Source of the DNA: Candidatus Methylomirabilota bacterium
GTDB taxonomy: Bacteria; Chloroflexota; Limnocylindria; QHBO01
Direction of reading: 5' to 3'
Length of the DNA stretch: 47,182 bases
NCBI GenBank assembly: GCA_035493355.1
Contig: DATJIJ010000014.1
Coordinates: 1 to 47,182 of the forward strand
Position 1 is the stretch's first letter. Each line of letters opens with the position of its first letter. The notes under the pieces are model-generated. The model had not been told where the DNA came from, did no database searches, and worked only from the letters and a program-made list of their open reading frames with translations. A program made the position numbers and the translations under genes. Shown here piece after piece: positions 18,612-26,818 of the stretch.

Positions 18612-20084
18612 ATGAACGACGACACCCGCTCCCAACGCCGCGGTCGGCCACGACGCAGACCCGACGGGGGAGGCCCTCGCCGCCAGGCGCCGCGTCCCGT
18701 CTACCAGGGCAGGCGGAACAACTACGCGACCGGCGGTTACTCGTCGATCTTCGCCGGCCCGTTCCCTCGCGAGGGCGACGAGACCGATGAGGGCTGGAAC
18801 CTCGCCGACCTCCAGGCGCGCAGCCTGGAGGAGCTCCGCGAGCTGGGGAGCGAGCTTGGCGTCGAAGGCGCCGATGAGCTCGAGCACTCCGACCTGGTGC
18901 TGAAGCTGCTCGACGTCGTCCCGCTGACGCCGTCCCAGCCACGCCTCGACCAGAACGGCCAGCCGGGCATCGCGACCGGCGTCCTCGAGATCGTGGACGA
19001 GGGCTTCGCATTCCTGCGCCGCCACGGCGTGATGCCGTCCAACGACGACATCTACGTCAGCTCCTCCCAGGTGCGCCGCTTCGGCCTCCGCACCGGCGAC
19101 AAGGTCGAGGGGCAGACCCGCCCGCCGAAGGACCAGGAGAAGTACTGGGGCCTTCTGCGCGTCGACACCGTTAATGGGGTCGACCCGGACACCGCCCGGC
19201 GCCGCCCGTACTTCGACACGCTGGTGCCGGTCTTCCCGGACGAGATGTTCGACATCGAGACCGATCAGAAGAACCTGACCCAGCGCCTCATCAACCTGAT
19301 CAGCCCCATCGGCAAGGGGCAGCGTGGGCTGATCCTCTCGCCGGCGAAGGCGGGCAAGACCACGGTCCTCAAGCACATCGCGGCCGGGATCACCGACAAC
19401 TACCCCGAGGCCGTCCTGATGGTCGCCCTCATCGGCGAGCGGCCGGAAGAGGTCACCGACATGAGTCGGAGCGTCAAGGGCGAGATCTTCGCCTCGACCT
19501 TCGACGAGCCGACCGAGAACCACACCCGCGTGGCGGAGATGTGCCTCGAGATCGCCAAGCGGCAGGTGGAGACCGGCCGCGACGTGGTCGTCCTCCTCGA
19601 CTCGATCACGCGGCTGGCGCGCGCCTACAACCTGGCGCTGCCGGCCTCCGGCAAGACCCTCTCCGGTGGTGTCGATCCGATCGCCCTCTATCCGCCGAAG
19701 CGCTTCTTCGGAGCGGCCCGCAACATCGAGGGCGGCGGCAGCCTGACGATCATCGCCACCTGCCTGGTGGACACCGGCTCGCGGATGGATGACGTCATCT
19801 ACGAGGAGTTCAAGGGCACCGGCAACATGGAGCTGGCGCTTGACCGCAAGCTCTCGGAGAAGCGCATCTTCCCGGCCATTGACGTACTCCGCTCGGGCAC
19901 GCGGCGCGAGGAGCTGCTGCTCGACGAGAACACCCTGCGCATGATCTGGACGATGCGCCGCATGCTCTCCGCGGTCGGTCCCAACGAGGGGATCGAGCTG
20001 CTCATGCAGCGCCTCGGCAAGACGAAGAACAACGCGGAGTTCCTCGTCTCGCTCAGCAAGAGCGTCGAAGCCTCAGAGCGCTGA
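18612..20084 (+). CDS. rho: transcription termination factor Rho with an Arg/Gly-rich N-terminal extension
   Basis: 490 aa with the Rho N-terminal helix bundle ([16 protein letters not shown]), OB/CSD-like [14 protein letters not shown], Walker A SPAKAGKT, and [13 protein letters not shown]. Confidence 0.95.
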   Translation: MNDDTRSQRRGRPRRRPDGGGPRRQAPRPVYQGRRNNYATGGYSSIFAGPFPREGDETDEGWNLADLQARSLEELRELGSELGVEGADELEHSDLVLKLLDVVPLTPSQPRLDQNGQPGIATGVLEIVDEGFAFLRRHGVMPSNDDIYVSSSQVRRFGLRTGDKVEGQTRPPKDQEKYWGLLRVDTVNGVDPDTARRRPYFDTLVPVFPDEMFDIETDQKNLTQRLINLISPIGKGQRGLILSPAKAGKTTVLKHIAAGITDNYPEAVLMVALIGERPEEVTDMSRSVKGEIFASTFDEPTENHTRVAEMCLEIAKRQVETGRDVVVLLDSITRLARAYNLALPASGKTLSGGVDPIALYPPKRFFGAARNIEGGGSLTIIATCLVDTGSRMDDVIYEEFKGTGNMELALDRKLSEKRIFPAIDVLRSGTRREELLLDENTLRMIWTMRRMLSAVGPNEGIELLMQRLGKTKNNAEFLVSLSKSVEASER

Positions 20085-20098
20085 TCCGCTCGCGTCCC

Positions 20099-21472
20099 AT
20101 GCTCCAGCCAGCGCGTCGTCAGATCGTCGCGCTGCTGGGGGCAGTCCTCCTCCTCTCGGCGTGCGGGACCGCGACGCCGAGCGGCAGCGCTCCCGCATCG
20201 GTGCAGCCGTCGGAATCCTCGGCTCCGAGCGCGGGCCTGGGCGAAATCGTCCCGGCGCCCGGCTCCTCGAGCACTGTCTACCAGCCGAACCCGGGAGCGA
20301 TCGTCGTCGCGATCGACCCTGGCCACGGTGGCTGTCTGGACTGGGGTGTCCCCGATCCGGGGAAGCGCGGCCCCGACTTCAGCGAGAAGACGATGACCCT
20401 CGCCATCGGGCTCGAGCTCAGGCGCGTCCTCGAGGAGCAGGGCATCACGGTGGTGATGACCCGCGAGACCGATGCCGCGATCGCCGGCGATGACTATCCG
20501 GCCCTCGGCTGCAAGGGCCCGCCATTCCGCGACGTGAACGGTGACGGCCAGTCGGGCTTCGACCCGGAGGGAAAGACCCGCACCCGCGACGAGCTCCAGG
20601 CGCGCCTCGACCTGGTCAACCTGGCTCGCGCCGACGTGCTGGTCAGCATCCACATCAACTCGGTCACCCAGAACGGCGTCATCTTCGAGATCGCGCTGAC
20701 CCAGACCTATTACACCGATGAGACCCCGTGGGGCCCCACCGCCACGGAGCACCTCGCCCAGCTGGTCCAGGACGGTGTCGTCGCCGCGATGGACCCGGTG
20801 GCTGACTACGAGCGACAGGACCGCGGCATCTCGGCCGTCAACCTGTACATCGTCGCCCCGCCGCTGTTCGTCACGACGCCGGAGCGGCCCGACCCGGTGA
20901 TGCAGCCGACTCGAGGAGCGCTCATGCCCGCGATCCTGACCGAGGTCGGCTCGATCACCCTGGCGGCGGAGCAGGAGCTCCTCCTCTCGCCCGCGGGTCA
21001 GGCAGCGGCTGCTGAGGGAATCGCCTCGGCGCTGTCGAGCTACCTTGGTGATCGCCCCCTGGCCGTGCGCTTCGACGCACTCGTATCGGGCGGCGCCGCC
21101 GGAACGATCCCGACCGCGGTGAGCGGGAGCGGGCCGCCGTTCTGGGCGCCAAAGGTGAGCGCCGCGAACCTGGAAGCGGGCATTCCCGTGCGCCTCACGA
21201 ACACCGGGACCCGTCCCTGGCCGGCCGATCTGCATCTGCTGAGTGGGTGGGGTGCAGGAGGCCAGCCGTATCTCCCGGCAGCCCCCGAGACGCTGAACGA
21301 GCTCGCCAACGACGTGCCCCCGCTGGCGCCCGGTGAGTCGGTCGTGGTGCTCATGATGACCTCCACCGCGCCGGTTGGCGGCGGGATCCTGTGGGTCACG
21401 TTGTCCAGCGCAGACTCCACGAGGAGCGACCTTGGATCGGCCCCGCTGCAGCTTGAAACCGGAGCCAACTGA
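20099..21472 (+). CDS. N-acetylmuramoyl-L-alanine amidase (Amidase_3) lipoprotein with an extra C-terminal domain
   Basis: 457 aa with lipobox LLSAC, IDPGHGG, VSIHINS, LTEVGSI, and a roughly 130-aa C-terminal beta-rich domain. Confidence 0.88.
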   Translation: MLQPARRQIVALLGAVLLLSACGTATPSGSAPASVQPSESSAPSAGLGEIVPAPGSSSTVYQPNPGAIVVAIDPGHGGCLDWGVPDPGKRGPDFSEKTMTLAIGLELRRVLEEQGITVVMTRETDAAIAGDDYPALGCKGPPFRDVNGDGQSGFDPEGKTRTRDELQARLDLVNLARADVLVSIHINSVTQNGVIFEIALTQTYYTDETPWGPTATEHLAQLVQDGVVAAMDPVADYERQDRGISAVNLYIVAPPLFVTTPERPDPVMQPTRGALMPAILTEVGSITLAAEQELLLSPAGQAAAAEGIASALSSYLGDRPLAVRFDALVSGGAAGTIPTAVSGSGPPFWAPKVSAANLEAGIPVRLTNTGTRPWPADLHLLSGWGAGGQPYLPAAPETLNELANDVPPLAPGESVVVLMMTSTAPVGGGILWVTLSSADSTRSDLGSAPLQLETGAN

Positions 21473-21518
21473 CCGCCGAAAGGCCCAGAGGTCCCACCCG
21501 AATGGCCCAGCCCTCGGG

Positions 21519-21548
21519 TTGACCATCCCTTCACGCCGCTGCTACCAT
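21519..21548 (+). promoter_or_regulatory. sigma70-like promoter TTGACC - 18 nt - TGcTACCAT upstream of the M23 peptidase gene
   Basis: Seen directly. Shares the 12-mer GCTGCTACCATC with the 9.98-kb promoter. Implies a roughly 70-nt leader. Confidence 0.45.
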
Positions 21549-21622
21549 CCCCTCGCACGACTCTCGGCCGGCGTCGTCGCCCGGACCGGCAGGGGAAGAG
21601 CGAGGTCGGGCACACAGCAACC

Positions 21623-22405
21623 TTGGATGCAACCGCGGGAGCCTTTGTATTGCCCGATCTGCGACGGCCTTGGAGCCGCGCGACCGATGAGCGACCGACC
21701 GCACGTGCGGTCTCCCATGTCGCCGTCCTCATCCTGCTTGCGGTGACCGTCGCCGTTGGCGTGCGGGCCAGCGCGGATGGGTCCTCGACCGGTAGCGTGG
21801 AGGGTGGCTTCCCCTTCGGCCTCGTCGCCGTCGTGAAGGGAGCTGACGCCGCGGAGCTGAACGCGAAGACCGTCACCTACGACCTGGTCCCCGATCCAGA
21901 GGCCTCACCGGACCCCCTCCTCGAGCGCCGAGGCCTGGCTGAGCTTCCGGCCTACACGCCGCTCCCGACCCCGGTTGCGCCGCCTCCGCCGCCCGCCGTC
22001 CCGAAGCCGAAGGCCGTGTACGTGAAGCCGGCTCCGATCGTCGGCACCGGCCAGCTGGCCTGGCCCGTCCCCGGCGGGGTGATCACGCAGTACTACAGCT
22101 CGTACCACAAGGCGCTAGACATCGCGGCGCCCGCAGGCCACAAGGTCATCGCTTCGGCCGCCGGCGTGGTCACCTGGTCCGGCTGGAAGGACAACGGCGG
22201 TGGCCTCGTGATCGCCGTCGACCATGGCAACGGGATCGTCACCGTCTACAACCACCTTGGCAGCCTCTGGGTTGCGGTCGGCGCGACGGTCGCCGCCGGA
22301 CAGGGGATCGCGGCGGTCGGCTGCACCGGCGTCTGCACCGGGCCACACGTCCATTTCGAGGTCATCGTCGACGGGGTCATCGTCAATCCCCTTCGCTACC
22401 TCTAG
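21623..22405 (+). CDS. M23 family metallopeptidase (LytM/lysostaphin-like), membrane-anchored
   Basis: C-terminal HKALDIA, DHGNGIVTVYNHL and GPHVHFEV, plus an N-terminal TM helix VAVLILLAVTVAVGV. The start is uncertain: TTG 21623, or TTG 21650 preceded by GGGAG. Confidence 0.85.
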   Translation: MDATAGAFVLPDLRRPWSRATDERPTARAVSHVAVLILLAVTVAVGVRASADGSSTGSVEGGFPFGLVAVVKGADAAELNAKTVTYDLVPDPEASPDPLLERRGLAELPAYTPLPTPVAPPPPPAVPKPKAVYVKPAPIVGTGQLAWPVPGGVITQYYSSYHKALDIAAPAGHKVIASAAGVVTWSGWKDNGGGLVIAVDHGNGIVTVYNHLGSLWVAVGATVAAGQGIAAVGCTGVCTGPHVHFEVIVDGVIVNPLRYL

Positions 22406-22461
22406 CCCCGTCAGTCCTCCTCGCGCCCGTCCTCGCCCGATCAGGGCTGCCCCTGGCCCGT

Positions 22462-22470
22462 TGCTATCAT
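22462..22470 (+). promoter_or_regulatory. extended -10 TGcTATCAT 9 nt upstream of the obg ATG
   Basis: cgtTGCTATCATcgatcaccgATG. No SD. Confidence 0.45.
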
Positions 22471-22479
22471 CGATCACCG

Positions 22480-23775
22480 ATGTTCGCTGACCAGGTTCGG
22501 ATCTACGTCTCCGCTGGTGCCGGCGGCGACGGGGCCTCGTCGTTCCGTCGGGAAGCCCACGTCCCCCGCGGCGGCCCCGATGGGGGGGACGGTGGCTCCG
22601 GTGGCGACATCGTGCTGGTCGTCGACGCGGGCATGACCACGCTCGGCGATCTTCGACACCACCCGCACCACCGCGCCAAGCCTGGTGGCGCCGGCGCTGG
22701 CCGCAAGGCGCACGGCAAGAACGCCGCTGACGTGCTCCTTCCCGTCCCTCCCGGAACCGTGGCGCGCGTTGCGGCGGGCGGCGATGGCGGCGACGCCGGC
22801 GAGATACTCGGTGAGCTGCTGGCGCCCGGGGAGCGGCTGGTTATCGCGCGAGGCGGGCGCGGCGGGCGCGGCAACGTCCACTTCGTGAGCTCGACCCACC
22901 AGGCGCCAACGCACGCCCAGAAGGGAGGGCCCGGGGAGACGCGCTGGATTGAGCTGGAGCTGAAGGTGATCGCCGACATCGGCCTCGTGGGAGCTCCGAA
23001 CGCCGGCAAGTCGTCGCTCCTGGCCGCGCTCACCGCGGCGACGCCGGAGGTCGGCGACTACCCCTTCACCACGACCAGCCCGAACCTTGGCGTGATCGAG
23101 CTCAATGATGAGCGGCGGGCCGTCATCGCCGACCTGCCCGGCCTGATCGAGGGGGCGAACGAAGGGCGCGGGCTTGGGCATGCGTTCCTGCGCCACGCCG
23201 AGCGGACCCGCGTCCTGGTGGCGGTGGTGGACGGCGCCGCCGCCGACCCGATCGGCGAATGGCAGTCCGTCGAGGCAGAGCTGCGGGAGCACGACGCGTC
23301 GCTCATGCAGCGCCCGATGCCGATGGTGGTGACGAAGCAGGATCTCCCCGAGGTCCACGCCGCCTGGCCGTCGATCCGTCGCAAGCTGCGGGCCATCGGT
23401 GCGCAGCCGCTGGCCGTCTCCGCCCAGGCCGGCACGGGGCTGGCCGAGCTGCGGAAGGCCCTGGCCGAGGCGCTCGACGAGGCGCAGCGGCGATCCGCCG
23501 CCGAGCCCGTCGGCGGGGCCGTGCGTCTGCACCGGTTCGACCCGCTCGACGCCGGCTGGCAGGTGATCGCGGAGGCCGACGGGCTCCGCGTCCGCGGCCG
23601 GCGGATCGAGACGTCCGCCGCGCGGACCGACTTCACGAACGACGAGTCACGCGACCGCTTCCAGCGGACGCTCGAGCGACTGGGGATCGACGCCGAGCTG
23701 CGACGCCTCGGCGCGCGGAGCGGCACCATGGTCCGCATCGGCTCGGTCGAGCTGGAATGGGGAGACGAGGATTGA
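22480..23775 (+). CDS. obg: GTPase Obg/CgtA
   Basis: 431 aa with the Gly-rich Obg fold (GGDGASSFRREAHVPRGGPDGGDGGSGG), G1 GAPNAGKSS, and an OCT-type C-terminal domain. Confidence 0.95.
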   Translation: MFADQVRIYVSAGAGGDGASSFRREAHVPRGGPDGGDGGSGGDIVLVVDAGMTTLGDLRHHPHHRAKPGGAGAGRKAHGKNAADVLLPVPPGTVARVAAGGDGGDAGEILGELLAPGERLVIARGGRGGRGNVHFVSSTHQAPTHAQKGGPGETRWIELELKVIADIGLVGAPNAGKSSLLAALTAATPEVGDYPFTTTSPNLGVIELNDERRAVIADLPGLIEGANEGRGLGHAFLRHAERTRVLVAVVDGAAADPIGEWQSVEAELREHDASLMQRPMPMVVTKQDLPEVHAAWPSIRRKLRAIGAQPLAVSAQAGTGLAELRKALAEALDEAQRRSAAEPVGGAVRLHRFDPLDAGWQVIAEADGLRVRGRRIETSAARTDFTNDESRDRFQRTLERLGIDAELRRLGARSGTMVRIGSVELEWGDED

Positions 23776-24485
23776 GGGGAGCGTCGGTACGGACAGAGGG
23801 TCCGGTCCAGCGCGCCAGCGACGAGCGAGCCGCCGCCGAGCCGGCCGCGCAGCCAAGGCGCCGGCCGCGCGCCAAGCGGGTCGGGATCCTGGGCGGCACC
23901 TTCGACCCCCCGCACATCGGGCACCTCTGGCTCGCGACCCTGGCAGCCGACAGCCTCGACCTCAGCCACGTGCTGCTGATGCCAGCCGCGCGGCCGCCGC
24001 ACAAGGGCAGCGCGAACATCAGCAATGCGGCCGACCGGGTGATGATGACCCGCCTGGCGATCAGCGGCGACGTCCGGCTCGACCTCTCGCTCGTGGAGAT
24101 GGAGCGGCCCGGCCCGTCGTACACCGTCGATTCGCTCGCCCAGCTACGAACCCATCTCGGTCCGTCAGTGGGGCTCGTGCTGGTCATGGCCGCCGACTCC
24201 TTCGCGCAGATCGAGACCTGGCGCGATCCGAATCGGCTCCTTGAGCTCGCGGAATGGGCGGTCGGACCGCGTCCGGGCACTCCGATGCCGGCGCGCAACG
24301 AGTTGCGCGAGCGCTTTGGCACGAAGGCGGCGCGGATCCACCTGCTGGAGGGTCCGTCGCTGGACCTGAGCAGCTCCGAGATCCGGTCGCGGGTAGCGGC
24401 GGGTCGCCCCATCCGGTACCTTGTGCCCCGGGCCGTGGAGGAGCTGATCGACGCTCGCGGCCTGTATCGAAGGAGGCGACCATAG
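23757..24485 (+). CDS. nadD: nicotinate-nucleotide adenylyltransferase
   Basis: GILGGTFDPPHIGH, SYTVDSL and SSSEIR motifs. The only in-frame canonical starts upstream of the GGTFDPPH motif are ATG 23757 and TTG 23772, both overlapping the obg 3' end. This forces a roughly 35-40 aa Arg-rich N-terminal extension. Confidence 0.88.
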   Translation: MGRRGLRGASVRTEGPVQRASDERAAAEPAAQPRRRPRAKRVGILGGTFDPPHIGHLWLATLAADSLDLSHVLLMPAARPPHKGSANISNAADRVMMTRLAISGDVRLDLSLVEMERPGPSYTVDSLAQLRTHLGPSVGLVLVMAADSFAQIETWRDPNRLLELAEWAVGPRPGTPMPARNELRERFGTKAARIHLLEGPSLDLSSSEIRSRVAAGRPIRYLVPRAVEELIDARGLYRRRRP

Positions 24486-24541
24486 AGGAGCGCGCGGACG
24501 GGCTGACGGCCATCGATCCGGGCGAGCTCGCCCATCGGATC

Positions 24542-24856
24542 GTGGACCTGGCATCCGACAAGAAGGCGGTCGACATCGTGCTGCTGCGGACGACCGAAGT
24601 GACGACCATGGCCGACTACTTCGTCATCTGCACCGGTCGCAGCGACCGTCAGCTGCAGGCGCTGGCCAGCGGCATCATGGATGAGCTGCGCGATGACGGC
24701 ATTCGTCCGCTGGGGGTCGAGGGGAAGGGCGCCGCCCGCTGGGTCCTCCTGGACTATGGCGCAGTGATCGTCCACCTCTTCGCCCCCGAGGAACGCGAGT
24801 TCTACGGTCTCGAGCGACTCTGGAGCCACGCCGCGCAGGTCGTCCGCCTGGTCTGA
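24542..24856 (+). CDS. rsfS: ribosome silencing factor RsfS (iojap-like)
   Basis: DKKAVDIVLLRT...ADYFVICTGRSDRQLQAL...WVLLDYGAVIVHLF..EREFYGLERLW. The 5' end is uncertain: GTG 24542 is the first canonical start downstream of nadD, but homology extends upstream (see finding). Confidence 0.85.
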   Translation: MDLASDKKAVDIVLLRTTEVTTMADYFVICTGRSDRQLQALASGIMDELRDDGIRPLGVEGKGAARWVLLDYGAVIVHLFAPEEREFYGLERLWSHAAQVVRLV

Positions 24857-24909
24857 GGCCAGCCCGCAGGTACTACCCGGGTACCACTCGCCGAACGCCG
24901 GACCTCCTA

Positions 24910-24938
24910 TTGAGCGTGATTCCGGGCGCTTCCATGCT
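24910..24938 (+). promoter_or_regulatory. sigma70-like promoter TTGAGC - 17 nt - CATGCT, 6 nt upstream of ATG 24945
   Basis: Seen directly in the only lower-GC stretch between rsfS and the zinc-finger ORF. Confidence 0.45.
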
Positions 24939-24944
24939 CATGCC

Positions 24945-25217
24945 ATGGACGAGCACGCCACGCTCCCTGCGAGCGAAACCGATTCGGCCGACGCCTGCCG
25001 CTTCTGCGGTGGGAGCCTGCTGACCAGCGTCTTCGACACCTCGTTCCGCGACACCGCCGCGGAGGAGCGCCTCTTCTTCGCGATCCCCGGGGCGCTGTGC
25101 GTGCCGTGCCGCCAGCTGTACGTCGATCGGCAGCTGATCGGGATCCTTGGCCTCTCCGAGGCGCAGTGCACCTTCGCCATCCAGAGCGACCGGGTCCTCC
25201 GCGCCGGCGCCGCCTAG
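24945..25217 (+). CDS. small YgiT/MqsA-type zinc-ribbon protein (90 aa), no HTH domain
   Basis: CRFCGG...FAIPGALCVPCRQLYVDRQLIGIL matches the CxxCG...vPa.vC.qCGe.y pattern of YgiT-type zinc fingers. High GC3. Confidence 0.65.
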   Translation: MDEHATLPASETDSADACRFCGGSLLTSVFDTSFRDTAAEERLFFAIPGALCVPCRQLYVDRQLIGILGLSEAQCTFAIQSDRVLRAGAA

Positions 25218-25226
25218 GCCGATCCC

Positions 25227-26261
25227 TCAGCCGCGCGTCGGACGCGTGGCCAGCAGGTACTCCCCGAGCCAGGCGACCAGTGCCGGCTCTTCCGCGGTCT
25301 CCTGGGCCTTGATCGAGACATCGGCCTCGAAGAGGCCCCGCAGCATCCCCTCCAGCTCGGCACTCGAGTAGCGCCGCGCCGATTCGGCGATCCGCTCCGC
25401 CATACGTGCGTTTCCGCGCCCAACCCGCTTCGTGAGCTCCTGCGGCGTAGCTCCGGAGGCTCCCAGGTCACGCGCCACGATCAGGTCCGCGATCCGGCCT
25501 TCGAGTGCAGCCATGATCTTCAGCACCGGCTGGCCCTCGCCGATGGCTCGCTCGATCGCAGCTGCCGCTGCGGCCGGCTCGCGCCGGTCGATCGCGTTCG
25601 TGATCGCGAAGAGGCTCGCCGGTCGTGTATCGGTGACCAGCGCCTCGACGTCATCGGCGTTGATGGGGCGTCCATTGGCGTACGTCGCCAGCTTGCGCAG
25701 CTCACCGTCGGCGACCCGCGTCTGCTGTCCGCGTTCGATGTCCGATTCCCATACTGCGCCGCCCACGCGCTCGGCGAGGAGTGCAGCGGCGCGTGGCTCG
25801 ATGGCGACCGCGATCGCGCCGGCGTGCGCCCGGATCCAGCCCTGGAGCTGGTTGCGTCGTGGCGTAGAGCACTCCTCAACGGTGCCGCCGCATTGCGTCA
25901 CCGCCTCTGCGATCCGCTGCAGGAGCGCGGGTGGCTTGCCGGCGTCCCGCGAGGGTCGCAGCTCGGCGAGCGCGAGGGCAGCCCCGTCCGGCAGGTCCGT
26001 CACCAGCGCCAAGAGCTTGTCGGTGGCCGCGTTCGACCGCCCCGCTGCGAAGAGCGGTTGATGCAGCACGACGAGGTGCGCGCCGAACATGCCGACCGTC
26101 GCCGACTCGAGCCGCGCCCGGTCGATCGCCCCCTCGTCGGGGCTGCGCTCGGGCTGGATCTCGGTGCGCTCCGCCACGTCGAGGTGCGAGGCGAAGGCCG
26201 CAAGAGCCTGGTCGATGCCGAAATCGTCGTCGCCGTGGACGAGGAGCAGCGTGGCCGTCAT
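25227..26261 (-). CDS. holA: DNA polymerase III delta subunit
   Basis: ATG 26261 (MTATLLLVHGDDDFGIDQAL), 344 aa, ATGA overlap with the HD gene. The remaining 264 upstream codons of the 608-aa ORF are Arg/Pro shadow sequence. Confidence 0.85.
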   Translation of the reverse strand: MTATLLLVHGDDDFGIDQALAAFASHLDVAERTEIQPERSPDEGAIDRARLESATVGMFGAHLVVLHQPLFAAGRSNAATDKLLALVTDLPDGAALALAELRPSRDAGKPPALLQRIAEAVTQCGGTVEECSTPRRNQLQGWIRAHAGAIAVAIEPRAAALLAERVGGAVWESDIERGQQTRVADGELRKLATYANGRPINADDVEALVTDTRPASLFAITNAIDRREPAAAAAAIERAIGEGQPVLKIMAALEGRIADLIVARDLGASGATPQELTKRVGRGNARMAERIAESARRYSSAELEGMLRGLFEADVSIKAQETAEEPALVAWLGEYLLATRPTRG

Positions 26262-26818
26262 GGACCGACTGCCTTCCACGCGGCGACCAGCCCTGTCTCG
26301 AGCTCGTCTTCCGACACTCCGGCGGCGGCTGCCAGCTCGTCCTGCATCGCATGGGCGGGAGCCCGCGCCGCTTCGAGGTCGGTTCGAACGTCGGGGTACC
26401 GCCGCTCGAGGTCGTCGATCCGCTCGTCGATGGAGACGAACTCCTGCGCGACCCGGCGATCGGCGACTGCCACCGCTACCGAGGCCCAGCCCCGGGGTGC
26501 GCGGGACGGGTCGAGGAGGCAGAGAATCGGATGCGACGCGATCGGCTCGGAGAGCTCGGCGAAGCCCCGCTCGGCCATCCAGCGTGCCGCCATCAGCCCG
26601 TGCTCGGCCCCGTGATCTCGCGTCTCCACCTTGTCGACATCGTGGAGCAGGGCGGCGACCTCGACAAGGTGCGGGTCGACTGCGATTCCGGCCGCTTCGA
26701 GCAGCCGGGCCGCCTCGGCCGCGACGCGACTGACGCCACGCGCGTGCGTGACGATCCCATCGGGCAGCTCGAAGGAGGCAAGCAGCAGCTCGGCATCGGC
26801 GAGGGTGGGTACGCCCAT
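26258..26818 (-). CDS. HD-domain phosphohydrolase (HDIG / YqeK-like)
   Basis: 186 aa with H25 (VTHARGV), HD at LLHDVDK, and later His residues (EHG, ASHP). Size and motif order resemble YqeK-type HD proteins. Confidence 0.8.
   Translation of the reverse strand: MGVPTLADAELLLASFELPDGIVTHARGVSRVAAEAARLLEAAGIAVDPHLVEVAALLHDVDKVETRDHGAEHGLMAARWMAERGFAELSEPIASHPILCLLDPSRAPRGWASVAVAVADRRVAQEFVSIDERIDDLERRYPDVRTDLEAARAPAHAMQDELAAAAGVSEDELETGLVAAWKAVGP

Noticed and set aside
18560-18790. 76-aa ORF starting in the rho leader and overlapping the rho 5' end out of frame
   Set aside because: Arg/Pro-rich product with no SD or promoter context. It overlaps the well-supported rho frame.
19799-21526. 575-aa minus-strand ORF spanning the rho 3' end and the amidase gene
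   Set aside because: It crosses a gene boundary on the opposite strand, has no domain motifs, and is Arg/Gly-rich. Rejected as a GC artefact.
21549-21622. A riboswitch (for example ydaO / c-di-AMP) in the leader of the M23 peptidase gene, and a pyrG attenuator in 15122-15210
   Set aside because: The leaders are only about 70-85 nt, too short for the known cell-wall-hydrolase riboswitches. I could not see conserved riboswitch cores or a terminator/antiterminator pair. Only weak hairpins were present.
24254-24541. ATG 24254 as the rsfS start
   Set aside because: It would overlap nadD by about 230 nt in another frame and add about 95 non-homologous Gly/Arg/Pro-rich residues.
24857-25217. The YgiT-type zinc-finger ORF as the antitoxin of a toxin-antitoxin pair
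   Set aside because: No adjacent small toxin-like ORF on either strand, and no HTH domain. The neighbours are rsfS and holA.
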